From: Ruminococcus sp.
GTDB taxonomy: Bacteria; Bacillota; Clostridia; Oscillospirales; Acutalibacteraceae
Length of the DNA: 64,000 nt
NCBI GenBank assembly: GCA_017404145.1
Contig: JAFRCW010000030.1
Location: 1,051 to 65,050 of the forward strand
Direction: 5' to 3'
The notes under the pieces are model-generated. The model was not told the DNA's origin. It made no database searches and saw nothing but the letters and a program-made list of their open reading frames with translations. Below, piece by piece: positions 18,153 to 29,191 of this stretch (position 1 is the first letter of the stretch; every line of letters begins with the position of its first letter). The position numbers and the translations under genes are program-made.

Positions 18153-19319
18153 ATGGCGGATATCAATTATTTAGTAGGTAAATGGACGATCATCGGCGCA
18201 GATGACGCGGAAGAAAAGGTCATCGAGTTCTATAAGGACGGCTCCTGTCTGGTTCCCGTGAAGCTGCTTGGCGGCAACAGCGAGGTTTCTCCGTTGTTCT
18301 TCTTCTATCAGGCGTTTGAGAACCATACCATCAAGTTTGATTCCGGTGAGCCCGGGATGCATCTCTACCGCTTTGCCGTAGGGGGTGACAAGCTCTCTAT
18401 CAAGACGCTGGCAGGTCAGGAATATGTCTTTGTCAAGGAAGAAAAGAAGGGCAAGAGCAAAGCAAAGCCCGTAGAAGCCGCTCCCAAGGGACAGAAGTCC
18501 AAGGACGACGAGTTTGACCGCGAGCCCGGTGAGAACGAGTGGAAGTGCCCCAAGTGCGGCAAGATCCATCAGAAGTATGTCGGCACCTGCGGCTGCGGTG
18601 AAGCAAAGCCCAAGGAGGCAGGTCCCTATATTCCGCCTCAGGAAGTCCTCGATAAGATCAAGGCTGAGTTAGAAAAAGCCTCTGCCCCCGCCGAAGAGCC
18701 CGAAGAAGAAGCGGCGGCTGCTCCCGCAAAGCCCGCTGAGCCCGAAGTAGAGCCCGGTGAGAACGAGTGGAAGTGCCCGAAGTGCGGCAAGATCCATCAG
18801 AAGTATGTCGGCACCTGCGGATGCGGCGAGCCCAAGCCCAAGGAGGCAGGTCCCTATATTCCGCCTCAGGAAGTTCTTGATAAGATCAAGGCAGAGCTCG
18901 AGAAAGCATCCGCTCCGGCGGAAGAGCCCGAGGAAGAAGCGGCTGCTCCCGCAAAGCCCGCTGAGCCTGAGATTGAGCCCGGTGAGAACGAGTGGAAGTG
19001 TCCCAAGTGCGGCAAGATCCATCAGAAGTATGTCGGCACCTGCGGCTGCGGCGAGCCCAAGCCCAAGGAGGCAGGTCCCTACATCCCGCCTCAGGAAGTC
19101 CTCGATAAGATCAAGGCAGAACTCGAAAAGTCCTCCGCTCCCGCAGAGGAGCCCGAGGAAGAGGTCGAAAAGCCTAAGAAGGCTGATAAAGACCAGAAGC
19201 CCGAGCGCGAAGCGGGCGAGAACGAGTGGAAGTGTCCCGATTGCGGCAAGATCAACCAGAACTATGTCGGCACCTGCGGCTGCGGTTATTCCAAGACTGC
19301 GGGCGGACGTATTTCATAA
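18153..19319 (+). CDS. Repeat protein: N-terminal beta-rich domain plus four CxxC...CxC zinc-ribbon modules
   Basis: The unit GENEWKCPKCGKIHQKYVGTCGCGEPKPKEAGPYIPPQEVLDKIKAELEKASAPAEEPEEE occurs three times, followed by a fourth diverged module (GENEWKCPDCGKINQNYVGTCGCGYSK). Confidence 0.6.
   Translation: MADINYLVGKWTIIGADDAEEKVIEFYKDGSCLVPVKLLGGNSEVSPLFFFYQAFENHTIKFDSGEPGMHLYRFAVGGDKLSIKTLAGQEYVFVKEEKKGKSKAKPVEAAPKGQKSKDDEFDREPGENEWKCPKCGKIHQKYVGTCGCGEAKPKEAGPYIPPQEVLDKIKAELEKASAPAEEPEEEAAAAPAKPAEPEVEPGENEWKCPKCGKIHQKYVGTCGCGEPKPKEAGPYIPPQEVLDKIKAELEKASAPAEEPEEEAAAPAKPAEPEIEPGENEWKCPKCGKIHQKYVGTCGCGEPKPKEAGPYIPPQEVLDKIKAELEKSSAPAEEPEEEVEKPKKADKDQKPEREAGENEWKCPDCGKINQNYVGTCGCGYSKTAGGRIS
18522..19300 (+). 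repeat. Intragenic tandem repeat, unit 225-228 bp, about 3.4 copies
   Basis: Units start at 18522, 18750, 18975 and 19212 (the last is diverged). The first three are near-identical at the DNA level. Confidence 0.85.
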
Positions 19320-19401
19320 CATTACTGTATCAAAGAAGCGGTATCCGAAAGGGTACCGCTTCTTTCAAAGATGTATCTTGAGTTTTGATTCTCAGTGAGA
19401 A

Positions 19402-19435
19402 GCGCCTCAGCCGCCCTGTCGGACGGCTGAGGCGC
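19402..19435. terminator. GC-rich hairpin
   Basis: GCGCCTCAGCCG ... CGGCTGAGGCGC, a 12-bp perfect stem downstream of 18153-19319. Confidence 0.55.
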
Positions 19436-19502
19436 TAATGTATTTTTAGGGGTTTTCTATGAAAAAAATTACCCTGACAAACAACGTGTGTATTCTGCGC
19501 TT

Positions 19503-19670
19503 TTTATGCGGTTCTCTCCAGTGAGTGGATCATCTTCACCTTTAAGAAGTCGCCGCTTACGATAATGTCCACCGCTTCGACTGCTTTCTCGGGATGCGCT
19601 TTGAGCAGCTCCGATACATACAGCTTTACAATCTTATCCGATACTCTGTCGCCTTTTACATTGATACGCA
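19503..19670 (-). CDS. Small hypothetical protein (55 aa, below ORF-track cutoff)
   Basis: MRINVKGDRVSDKIVKLYVSELLKAHPEKAVEAVDIIVSGDFLKVKMIHSLERTA*, with RBS AGGAGG 7-8 nt before the ATG. Confidence 0.35.
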
Positions 19671-19946
19671 TTTCGATTACCTCCTGTCATTCAATTTTTG
19701 CTTGATTTTTATTTCTTTTTTGGAATTATTCGAATATTTGTACTAATTCCTTACAGTTATTATTGTACCAGACGAAGGCTGTAATTTCCAGTTACAGGTA
19801 GGCTATACTCATATCAGTTTATTCATTGTTAATTCTTTTTGGAATAAAAACCGTGAAACTTTGTAACAGTTAATTCTTGTGAGAAAAAAAGACCGCAGAC
19901 ACAAGATTTTGTGTCTGCGATACGATTTTTGCAGTATTGCTATGGA

Positions 19947-22049
19947 TTATCCCAGCAGATGGAAGTTGACCACCAGCGCCGCGAACACGATAGAAACCAT
20001 CGAAAGCAGCTTGATCAGGATGTTGATCGAGGGACCGGAGGTGTCCTTGAAGGGATCGCCGACGGTGTCGCCTACGACAGCAGCCTTATGCTGATCAGAG
20101 CCTTTACCGCCGTGGTTGCCCGCTTCGATATACTTCTTCGCGTTATCCCACGCGCCGCCGGAGTTAGACATAAAGATCGCCAGCAGGAAGCCCGAAGCGG
20201 TAGCGCCCGCGAGCATACCGATAACGCCGTAGAAGCCTAAGACCAGACCGACGACAACCGGAACCACGATCGCGATAACGGTGGGCAGGATCATTTCCTT
20301 TAAGGAAGAGCGGGAGCACATATCTACGCACTTGGCATAGTCGGGATCCGCCTTGCCTTCCATCAGACCTTTGATATTCTTGAACTGGTTTCTGACTTCG
20401 ATGACCACGCTCTGCGCCGCTCTGCCGACAGCGTCCATGGTGAGCGCCGCGAATACGAACGGCAGACATGCGCCGATGAACAGACCGATCAGAACCAGCG
20501 GATTCATAACGCTGAAGCTCTCATAGGTGACGCCTTCAACATAGCCTTGGATCTTGTCGATATAAGAGGCGACCAGCGCCAGCGCCGTCAAAGCGGCGGA
20601 ACCGATCGCAAAGCCCTTGCCGGTAGCGGCAGTGGTGTTGCCCAGAGAATCAAGCGCGTCGGTTCTTTCTCTGACTTCAGGCTCCAGACCGGACATCTCG
20701 GCGATGCCGCCTGCGTTATCCGCAACAGGACCGTAAGCGTCGGTCGCGAGAGTAATACCCAGAGTAGAGAGCATACCGACAGCCGCGAGAGCGATGCCGT
20801 AGAGACCCATCTGCGGTTCAGCGATGGTGCCGCCGGAGACAAAGAACGCGACCAGTACCGCGATACCGACGATGATGATCGGGATAGCGGTAGAGAGCAT
20901 ACCGAGACCTAAGCCGCCGATGATGATGGTGGCGGAGCCTGTCTCGGATTTTTCCGCGAGCTTCTTGGTGGGCTTATAAGTATCGGAGGTGAAATACTCC
21001 GTAGATTTGCCGATCAAAACGCCGGAGAGCAGACCTGCGAGTACCGCGAAGTACAGTGTCCAGTGCTCTGCGCCGAGGATGAAATAAATCAGCGGGAACG
21101 CGGCTATTGCGATCAGGATCGCGGCGAGGTTGGTGCCGCGGGACAGCGCTTTTAAGAGGAGCTTCTGCTCGGTCTTCTCGCCTGTTCTGACGAAGAAGGT
21201 ACCGATGATGGAGCATACGATACCGAGCGCCGCCATAATCATCGGGATCGCCATTGCTTTGAACTGCATACCGCCGTCGCCGGAGAACGCGGCTACGCCT
21301 AATGCAGCGCAGGAAATAACGGAACCGACATAAGACTCATACAGATCGGCGCCCATACCGGCAACGTCGCCGACGTTATCGCCGACGTTATCCGCGATAA
21401 CCGCAGGGTTTCTGGGGTCGTCCTCGGGGATGCCGGCTTCGACCTTACCGACGAGGTCTGCGCCTACGTCAGCCGCTTTGGTAAAGATACCGCCGCCGAC
21501 ACGCGCGAACAGCGCCATCGAAGAAGCGCCCATACCGAAGGTGAGCATCGCGGAGGTGATACCCGCCGCGTCAAGTTTAAAGACAAATTTCAGCAGTGTG
21601 AACCAGATAGAAATATCCAGCAGACCTAAGCCGACTACCGTAAAGCCCATGACGGAGCCCGCGGAGAACGCGACTCTCAGACCCTTGTTGAGACCTGTGC
21701 GGCAGGCGTTAGCGGTTCTGTCGTTGGCAAAAGTCGCGATTTTCATCCCGACAAAGCCCGAAAGACCGGAGAAGAATCCGCCGGTGACAAAGGCGAACGG
21801 CACATACCATGTCAGAAGACCGAAAGCCGCCATCGCACAGAGGATAGCGAACATTCCCGCAAAGAATACCGCGACGATGGTATACTGACGCTTGAGATAA
21901 GCGTTCGCGCCCGCGCGGATGGATCGGGAGATCTTCATCATTTTCTCTGTGCCTTCATCAAAGGACAGCACTCTTTTAGCCATAATCGCCGCAAAAGCGA
22001 GCGCCAAAACAGCGCCTACGAAGATGAATATTACCAGATAATTTTCCAT
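19947..22049 (-). CDS. hppA: Membrane-bound ion-translocating pyrophosphatase
   Basis: 700-aa polytopic protein with [33 protein letters not shown] and [19 protein letters not shown] motifs. Confidence 0.9.
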   Translation of the reverse strand: MENYLVIFIFVGAVLALAFAAIMAKRVLSFDEGTEKMMKISRSIRAGANAYLKRQYTIVAVFFAGMFAILCAMAAFGLLTWYVPFAFVTGGFFSGLSGFVGMKIATFANDRTANACRTGLNKGLRVAFSAGSVMGFTVVGLGLLDISIWFTLLKFVFKLDAAGITSAMLTFGMGASSMALFARVGGGIFTKAADVGADLVGKVEAGIPEDDPRNPAVIADNVGDNVGDVAGMGADLYESYVGSVISCAALGVAAFSGDGGMQFKAMAIPMIMAALGIVCSIIGTFFVRTGEKTEQKLLLKALSRGTNLAAILIAIAAFPLIYFILGAEHWTLYFAVLAGLLSGVLIGKSTEYFTSDTYKPTKKLAEKSETGSATIIIGGLGLGMLSTAIPIIIVGIAVLVAFFVSGGTIAEPQMGLYGIALAAVGMLSTLGITLATDAYGPVADNAGGIAEMSGLEPEVRERTDALDSLGNTTAATGKGFAIGSAALTALALVASYIDKIQGYVEGVTYESFSVMNPLVLIGLFIGACLPFVFAALTMDAVGRAAQSVVIEVRNQFKNIKGLMEGKADPDYAKCVDMCSRSSLKEMILPTVIAIVVPVVVGLVLGFYGVIGMLAGATASGFLLAIFMSNSGGAWDNAKKYIEAGNHGGKGSDQHKAAVVGDTVGDPFKDTSGPSINILIKLLSMVSIVFAALVVNFHLLG

Positions 22050-22359
22050 AATATTCTACCAACTCCTTAGTATTTTTCCATTTTACAGCGCTAAACTGTT
22101 GACTCGTAAACTTTATATTACAACAAAAGAGGGATAAAGTCAATATTTTTTGCAGGGAACGGTCCGGACCGTTCCCGGTTTCCGGTTCATGGTTCTCAGT
22201 TGGTTTTGTGCTGCGCACGGTTATGGTAAGTAATATCAACTAACCAACAACCAACAACTGACAACTCTCTTGAATTTTTTCAAATGTTCACGGGAAATGT
22301 ATTGATATCGCCGTTTGAATATGCTAAAATATTGAAAATATTTTACAGAAGGTACGTTT

Positions 22360-24120
22360 ATGAGATCTGTTCTTCGACATTTTAAAGGACGCGACTGGCT
22401 CTGCACGGTGTTGGCTGCCGCGCTGATCGTTGTGTCTGTATTCCTCGACCTCAAGATGCCTGACTATATGAGCGATATCACCCGTCTTTTACAGACGGAG
22501 GGTACCGGGATGGAAGAGATCTTTATCGCGGGCGGCAAAATGCTTTTGTGCGCTTTGGGCAGTTTGCTGATTGCCGTGGCAGTCACGGTGATCGCGGGCT
22601 ACCTCGCCTCGAACTATTCCTATAACGTCAGAGGCAAGCTCTACCGGGCGGTAGAATCCTTCTCAATGCGCGAGATCAATCGGTTTTCTACCGCGTCGCT
22701 GATCACCCGTTCCACCAACGACATCACACAGGTGCAGACGATCATTGTTTTCGGACTGATGACCATCGTACGGGCGCCCGTGATGGCGGTGCTGGCGATC
22801 TTCAAGATCGCCGACAAAAACCCCCAGTGGACGATTTCTACCGGGGTCGCCGTCGTGCTGGTCATCATCGTACTCGGCGCGTGCTATATCTTTGCGCATC
22901 CCAGGTTCAGGAAGATCCAGACCCTGACCGACAATATCAACCGCATCACCTCGGAGAACCTTACGGGTCTTCGGGTCATCCGTGCGTATAACGCCGAGAG
23001 CTACCAGTATGAGAAGTTCGAGAAGGCGAACGACGATATCACCCGCAACAACCTGACTGCTCATCGGATCATGGCGATGATGTTCCCCTCAATGATGCTG
23101 ATCATGAACGGTCTTTCGCTGGTGGTATACTGGATCGGCGCTTTTCTGATCCGCGACGCCGCCGGCGCGGATAAGCTTACCCTTTTCTCCGAAATGGTGG
23201 TATTCTCCGCTTATGCGATGCAGGTGATCATGGCGTTTATGATGCTCAATTTGATCCTGATCATGGCGCCGCGTTCGATGGTCGCCGCTAAGCGTATCAA
23301 CGAGGTTATCGACACCAAAACAACAATCAAAGACGGCGTAGGCATCGCGCACACCGAGATGCAGGGCGAGATCGAATTCAAAAATGTCAGCTTCAAATAT
23401 CCCGACGCCGCGGACTATGTACTCAAGGACATCAGCTTTTCGGCGAAGAAGGGTGAGACGGTGGCGATCATCGGCTCGACCGGCTGCGGCAAGTCCACGC
23501 TAATCAATTTGATCCCCCGCTTTTATGACGCAACCGAGGGAGAGGTGCTGGTTGACGGCGAGAACGTCAAGGATTTTACCCTCGATCAGCTTCACGAGCG
23601 GATCGGCTATATCCCCCAGCGAGCGGCGCTGTTCTCCGGTACCGTCAACACCAACGTCGCCTACGGAAAAGGAAAAAAATCGGAATATACCCAGAAAGAC
23701 GTCGAACGCGCGGTAGAGATCGCGCAGGCGAGAGAGATCATCGAGAACTACCCCGAAGGCTATGAGCACCCGGTCGCGCAGGGCGGCTCTAACCTTTCCG
23801 GCGGTCAGAAGCAGCGTCTGTGTATTGCGAGAGCCGTGTGCAGAGAGCCGGAGATCCTGATCTTTGACGATTCTTTCTCCGCGCTCGACTACAAGACCGA
23901 CAGAGAGCTTCGATCCGCGCTCAAAGAACGCACCAAGGGTACGACAAATATCATTGTCGCCCAGCGTATCGGCACCATCAAAGACGCCGACCGGATCATC
24001 GTCCTCGACGAGGGCAGGATCGCCGGTATCGGAAAACATAAAGACCTGCTGAAGTCCTGCGAGATCTATCACGAGATCGCGCTGTCACAGCTTTCGGAGG
24101 AGGAACTGAACAATGCCTGA
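22360..24120 (+). CDS. ABC exporter, fused permease/ATP-binding subunit A
   Basis: Six-TM domain plus an NBD: Walker A GSTGCGKST, signature LSGGQKQR, Walker B ILIFDD. Confidence 0.85.
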   Translation: MRSVLRHFKGRDWLCTVLAAALIVVSVFLDLKMPDYMSDITRLLQTEGTGMEEIFIAGGKMLLCALGSLLIAVAVTVIAGYLASNYSYNVRGKLYRAVESFSMREINRFSTASLITRSTNDITQVQTIIVFGLMTIVRAPVMAVLAIFKIADKNPQWTISTGVAVVLVIIVLGACYIFAHPRFRKIQTLTDNINRITSENLTGLRVIRAYNAESYQYEKFEKANDDITRNNLTAHRIMAMMFPSMMLIMNGLSLVVYWIGAFLIRDAAGADKLTLFSEMVVFSAYAMQVIMAFMMLNLILIMAPRSMVAAKRINEVIDTKTTIKDGVGIAHTEMQGEIEFKNVSFKYPDAADYVLKDISFSAKKGETVAIIGSTGCGKSTLINLIPRFYDATEGEVLVDGENVKDFTLDQLHERIGYIPQRAALFSGTVNTNVAYGKGKKSEYTQKDVERAVEIAQAREIIENYPEGYEHPVAQGGSNLSGGQKQRLCIARAVCREPEILIFDDSFSALDYKTDRELRSALKERTKGTTNIIVAQRIGTIKDADRIIVLDEGRIAGIGKHKDLLKSCEIYHEIALSQLSEEELNNA

Positions 24121-25990
24121 GAAAATGAACTCCCCCGAGAATAAAGTCATCAAAAAAGAACACGAGAGTCTGATCGGCGTGAGCAGCAAGCGTCCGCAGG
24201 CACAGCGTGGAATAGGCGGTCCCAAGGGTGTTGTCACCGAAAAGCCCAAGAACTTCAAGACGTCGTGGCAGAAGATGATCTCCTTCGCAAAGCCGCAGAT
24301 GCCGCTTGCCGTCATCGGACTGGTCTGCGCTGCGGTCGGTACGGTGGTATCGCTGATCGGCCCGCGCTATATCAGCCAAATCACGGATCTGATCACACAG
24401 GGACTGACCGGTGAGATGCAGATCGACGAGATATCAGGCGTGTGCGGTTTTCTGTTCCTTCTTTACGGCGTCAGCTGGGTGATGGGCTTTGTCCAGAACT
24501 TTATGATGGCGACTTTTTCCCAGCGCATCGCGCAGCGGATGAGAACGGACATTACACGGAAAACCAACCGTATGCCTTTAAAATACTTTGACTCCACTCC
24601 CTTCGGCGATATCCTCTCACGTATCACCAACGATATCGATACCATCGAGCGCTCGCTGAATATGGCGATCGGTCAGCTGGTCACTTCGGTGACGCTGTTC
24701 TTCGGCTCGCTGTTTATGATGCTGATCACCAACATATGGATGACCCTGACAGCGGCGGCGGCAACAGCGCTGGGCTTTTTCCTGATGAGCCTGATTATGA
24801 AGAAGTCTCAGAAGCATTTCAACCGCCAGCAGCGGCACCTCGGCGCGATCAACGGTCACGTGGAAGAGATCTATACCGGTCACAATATTGTAAAAGCATA
24901 CAATGCGGAGGAAGAGAATGAAGAAGAGTTCGCCCGCATCAACCGCCATCTGAAGGACTCTGTGTTTAAGGCGACGTCGCTCTCCGGTTTGATGCAGCCT
25001 TTGATGCAGTTTATCGGCAATCTTGGTTTTGTCGCGGTATGCGTTGTCGGCGCGATGCTTGCGTTAAACGGCACGATCACGTTCGGCGTGATCATTGCCT
25101 TTACGATCTACGTCAGACAGTTCACCCAGCCTCTGTCCCAGATGGCGCAGTCCTTCACCTCGATGCAGTCTACCGCCGCCGCGAGCGAGCGCGTGTTCGA
25201 GTATCTTGAGGAAGAGGAGCTTTCCGACGAGAGCCAAAAGACGCGCGTCCTGAAAGAGGTAAAGGGCGACGTGAAATTTGAACACGTGCGTTTCGGCTAC
25301 AATCCCGACCGCGTGATCATCAAGGACTTTTCCGCCGATATCAAGGCGGGACAGAAGGTCGCGATCGTCGGACCTACCGGAGCGGGCAAGACGACGATCG
25401 TCAATTTGCTGATGCGCTTCTACGAGGTCAACTCGGGCAAGATCTATATCGACGGCGTCGATATTTCTACCCTGACGCGTGAGAATATCCACGACTTGTT
25501 CTGTATGGTACTGCAGGACACATGGCTGTTCGAGGGCACGGTCAGAGAGAATATCGTCTATTCCAAGAAAGACGTGACTGACGAAGAGATCGAGAACGCC
25601 TGCAGGGCGGTGGGCATCCACCACTTTATCCGCACCCTGCCGCAGGGTTATGATACCGTACTGGATGACAAGAGCTCGCTCTCCGCGGGACAGAAGCAGC
25701 AGCTTACCATCGCCAGAGCGATGATCGAGAACGCGCCGCTCTTGATTCTCGACGAAGCGACCTCTTCGGTCGATACCAGAACCGAGCGTATTATTCAGAA
25801 GGCGATGGACTCCCTGACAGAGGGCAGGACCTCCTTCGTGATCGCGCACAGGCTTTCAACGATTAAAAACGCCGACGTCATACTGGTCTTAAAGGACGGC
25901 GACGTCATCGGCTCCGGTACCCACGAAGAACTTTTAGCTGAGGGCGGTTTCTACGCCGAGCTGTACAACAGCCAGTTTGAACAGGGATAA
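24113..25990 (+). CDS. ABC exporter, fused permease/ATP-binding subunit B
   Basis: Walker A GPTGAGKTT, signature LSAGQKQQ, Walker B LLILDE. 8-nt overlap with the upstream gene suggests a heterodimer. Confidence 0.85.
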   Translation: MPEKMNSPENKVIKKEHESLIGVSSKRPQAQRGIGGPKGVVTEKPKNFKTSWQKMISFAKPQMPLAVIGLVCAAVGTVVSLIGPRYISQITDLITQGLTGEMQIDEISGVCGFLFLLYGVSWVMGFVQNFMMATFSQRIAQRMRTDITRKTNRMPLKYFDSTPFGDILSRITNDIDTIERSLNMAIGQLVTSVTLFFGSLFMMLITNIWMTLTAAAATALGFFLMSLIMKKSQKHFNRQQRHLGAINGHVEEIYTGHNIVKAYNAEEENEEEFARINRHLKDSVFKATSLSGLMQPLMQFIGNLGFVAVCVVGAMLALNGTITFGVIIAFTIYVRQFTQPLSQMAQSFTSMQSTAAASERVFEYLEEEELSDESQKTRVLKEVKGDVKFEHVRFGYNPDRVIIKDFSADIKAGQKVAIVGPTGAGKTTIVNLLMRFYEVNSGKIYIDGVDISTLTRENIHDLFCMVLQDTWLFEGTVRENIVYSKKDVTDEEIENACRAVGIHHFIRTLPQGYDTVLDDKSSLSAGQKQQLTIARAMIENAPLLILDEATSSVDTRTERIIQKAMDSLTEGRTSFVIAHRLSTIKNADVILVLKDGDVIGSGTHEELLAEGGFYAELYNSQFEQG

Positions 25991-26124
25991 ACTCAGTTGT
26001 TGGTTCCCGGTTTTTAGTTGATTAGGTGCTGCGCACGACTTTTATAATCTGTACTTGTCTGTCATCTCAACCGACAACCAATAACTAACAACCGGGAACT
26101 ACTATAACGCAAAGGACTGATAGG

Positions 26125-26703
26125 ATGAATATATGTGTATACGGTGCGTCTTCACGCAAGCTTGACAGACGATATCTTGACGCGGGAGAGGCGCTGGGCG
26201 CTCTGCTCGCCGAAAAGGGCGATACGGTGATCTTCGGCGGCGGCGCTCACGGATTGATGGGCGCGGTCTCCCGCGGCGCGCATGAAGCCGGCGGAAAAGT
26301 CATCTCCGTCGCACCTTCCTTCTTCAACGTCGACGGCGTTCTGTATGAGCACTGCGACGAATATATCTATACCGAAACGATGCGCGAACGCAAGCAGACA
26401 ATGGAGAACCTCGCCGACGCGTTCATCGTCACCCCGGGCGGCATCGGTACCTTTGAGGAGTTTTTTGAGATCCTGACGCTCAGACAGCTGCAGCGGCACA
26501 AAAAGCCGATCGCGATCCTAAACACCGACGGCTACTATGATGCGATGATGCAGTTTTTGCAGAACGCGATCGACAACAGCTTTATGAGTAAGAACAACCT
26601 CAACCTCTTTTTTATCAGTGACAATATCAACGAAGTGGTGCGTTTTATCGAGCATCCCACTACAGTTGAGGACGACATTGAAAAATTGAGAAATATTCTT
26701 TAA
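26125..26703 (+). CDS. LOG/TIGR00730-family Rossmann-fold nucleotide-binding protein
   Basis: PGGIGTFEEFFE motif and overall LOG-like layout. Confidence 0.8.
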   Translation: MNICVYGASSRKLDRRYLDAGEALGALLAEKGDTVIFGGGAHGLMGAVSRGAHEAGGKVISVAPSFFNVDGVLYEHCDEYIYTETMRERKQTMENLADAFIVTPGGIGTFEEFFEILTLRQLQRHKKPIAILNTDGYYDAMMQFLQNAIDNSFMSKNNLNLFFISDNINEVVRFIEHPTTVEDDIEKLRNIL

Positions 26704-26834
26704 TTCATAATTCATAATGAAAGTATAACAAAACGCAGGAGTATTGAAAAACCTCCTGCGTTGTTTTATTGTTCCATTTTGGGTGCGAGTAACGCCCGCT
26801 CTTATTCATTAATCTAATAATTATGAATTATGCA

Positions 26835-27554
26835 TTATGAATTATGAATTAAAAAATCAATCAGCTCCTCATACGTTCCCTGACGAAAACGGCTGTAGTC
26901 GAGGTCGTGGGTGATCATATGATTTGTGACAAGAAAGACGTCGATTCCGAGCGTCGCGCAGGGGATCATATCCTCCCTGACGTCGTTGCCGATCATCAGG
27001 GTTTCTTCGGGCTTGACCCCGAAACGGTCGAGTATCTCCTGAAAGTAGAGGGGATTGGGCTTTGCATAGGAGCTTTGGTCAAAAGAGGTCACCAGATCAA
27101 ACATATCCGCCGAGATCCCCGTCCACCGCATTCTCGTGTCACAAGCGTCAAGAGGGAACAGCGGCATTGTCGCGATCGCGGTGTAATCCGCTTTTTCTTT
27201 GATGAGCTTTGCGATCTGCGGCGCGAAGGGATTGACCTCGATAATGTTTTTAACATTTTGGAAGGTAGTAGCGTAGTAGTCCGTCAGCACTTCTGCGAGT
27301 TTTTCTCTGGAATAGCCGGAGGCTTTGACGGCGGTGCGGTAGAACACCTCGTCGTTGCGCAGTCTGCCGTTGTTCAGCAGCATCGCGCGGCAGCCCTCGT
27401 TGATCGCGTTGAGAGCGATCGCCTGATTCATATGATAGTCATAGAACTTCTTCGCGACGTCGGTGAACCAGATCGTCACAAATTTATCCTGTGTGATCAC
27501 CGGCAGCAGCGTGTTGTCCAGATCCGACATAATCAGTTTATACTTCTTCATCAT
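26835..27554 (-). CDS. HAD-superfamily hydrolase
   Basis: Motif I SDLDNTLL and motif IV GNDVREDM. Start moved to MMKKYKLIM. Confidence 0.75.
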   Translation of the reverse strand: MMKKYKLIMSDLDNTLLPVITQDKFVTIWFTDVAKKFYDYHMNQAIALNAINEGCRAMLLNNGRLRNDEVFYRTAVKASGYSREKLAEVLTDYYATTFQNVKNIIEVNPFAPQIAKLIKEKADYTAIATMPLFPLDACDTRMRWTGISADMFDLVTSFDQSSYAKPNPLYFQEILDRFGVKPEETLMIGNDVREDMIPCATLGIDVFLVTNHMITHDLDYSRFRQGTYEELIDFLIHNS

Positions 27555-27872
27555 ATCACCTATTGTAATTATACAACAACCGACAAAATTGTACAAGAAA
27601 CAATTCTGATACAAAAAGTGTTGTCAAAAGAAGAGATTGATGGTAGAATGAGGGTGTCGAATAAATGATTAATGACTGTGGGAAAACCTTACGGATTTTT
27701 GGATTGGTAGTAAAGAACTGTAGGGAAGAGCCTTGACTCTTGTGAGCGTCGTTGTTTTATCAATGCTTCTGCTGTAAGGAACGGTCAAGACCGTTTCCAA
27801 CATTTATTAATCGGGTGCGGGTGTCCCGCCCTTCATTTATCATTTATCAATCATCAAAAAAGGAGTTTTTCT

Positions 27873-29063
27873 ATGAAACACTTTTTACCCGCCGATATCC
27901 TGCTGCCGGAAAAGGACTTTGCAAAGTGGGCGGTCGTCGCTTGCGATCAGTACACTTCCGAGCCCGACTACTGGCAGGAGACCGAGCGCATCGCCGGTGA
28001 CGCGCCCTCCGCGCTGAACATCATCCTGCCCGAGCTGTATCTTCAAAAGGACAACAGTGAAAGGATCCAAAAGATCAACGAGAAGATGCAGGAATATCTC
28101 GATACGGATGTATTTGAAGAACACAAAAACACGATGATCTATGTGGAGAGAGAGTCGAACCGCACTGTCCGCAAGGGCATCGTCGGACTGATCGACCTCG
28201 AGGACTATGACTATACCAAAGGCAGTCACGCGCTGATCCGCGCGACCGAGGCTACCGTCTTGGAGCGTATTCCTCCGCGTGTGGAGATCCGTAAGGACGC
28301 GCCGCTGGAGATGCCGCATATCCTGCTGCTCGTCGACGATCCCGACCTCACGGTAATTGAACCGCTGACCGGGAAAAAGGGCGGCTTTGAGAGAGCGTAC
28401 GACTTTGACTTGATGCAGGGCGGCGGACATATCGAGGGATATTTCCTTCCTGACAGCGTGATTGCGGATGTACAGAACACTTTGGAAGCTTTGACAGCGG
28501 ATCAGGAGGACAAGCTCTTGTTCGCGGTCGGCGACGGCAACCATTCTTTAGCTACCGCCAAAGAGTGCTACAACCTGACGAAGAGTCCGCTTGCGCGTTA
28601 CGCGTTGGTGGAGGTCGTGAACATCCACGATCAGTCGATCGAGTTCGAGCCCATCTACCGTGTGCTGTTTGATGTGGACGCGCAGGACTTTCTGGACCGG
28701 TTCATCGCGCATACCGAAGCGGTCGGGGGAGAGGATATCCAGAGCTTTACCTATATTACCAAGGATCGGAAGGCTGAGCTGAATGTCAAGGCGACCGCGA
28801 AGCTTCCTGTCGGCACGCTGCAGACTTTTATCGACGACTATATGAAAGAGCGCCCCGAGGTTCGGATCGACTATATCCACGGCGTCGATGTGACCGAGCG
28901 ACTGAGCAAGGGAGAGAACACCCTCGGATTTCTCTTTGAGGGTATGGGTAAGGACGAGCTTTTCGACGCGATCAAGGCAGACGGCTCCCTCCCGCGAAAG
29001 ACCTTCTCGATGGGTCACGCGTATGACAAGAGATATTATATTGAAGCGAGAAAGATCAAATAA
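27873..29063 (+). CDS. DUF1015-family protein
   Basis: Recognised by overall similarity (ILLPEKDFAKWAVVACDQYTSEPDYW...GDGNHSLATAKE). From memory only, no search run. Confidence 0.65.
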   Translation: MKHFLPADILLPEKDFAKWAVVACDQYTSEPDYWQETERIAGDAPSALNIILPELYLQKDNSERIQKINEKMQEYLDTDVFEEHKNTMIYVERESNRTVRKGIVGLIDLEDYDYTKGSHALIRATEATVLERIPPRVEIRKDAPLEMPHILLLVDDPDLTVIEPLTGKKGGFERAYDFDLMQGGGHIEGYFLPDSVIADVQNTLEALTADQEDKLLFAVGDGNHSLATAKECYNLTKSPLARYALVEVVNIHDQSIEFEPIYRVLFDVDAQDFLDRFIAHTEAVGGEDIQSFTYITKDRKAELNVKATAKLPVGTLQTFIDDYMKERPEVRIDYIHGVDVTERLSKGENTLGFLFEGMGKDELFDAIKADGSLPRKTFSMGHAYDKRYYIEARKIK

Positions 29064-29191
29064 ATACATAATGATAACGATATGAAACGCAGGAGTTCTT
29101 ATATGAGCTCCTGTGTTTTTTACACAATTGTGCTTTAGACAGATGAAATATCTGAGTCGTCTTTTTTCCTCTGCGACGTTGAATTTGCACA

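Noticed and set aside
18757-19398. 213-aa R/S/P-rich ORF and minus-strand ORFs inside the tandem-repeat gene
   Set aside because: These are alternative-frame translations of the GC-rich repeats. The zinc-ribbon frame has the RBS, the promoter and sensible domain periodicity.
20164-21888. Multiple 80-150-aa ORFs on both strands within 19947-22049
   Set aside because: All overlap the unambiguous membrane pyrophosphatase frame and are Arg/Pro/Ser-rich GC-frame artefacts.
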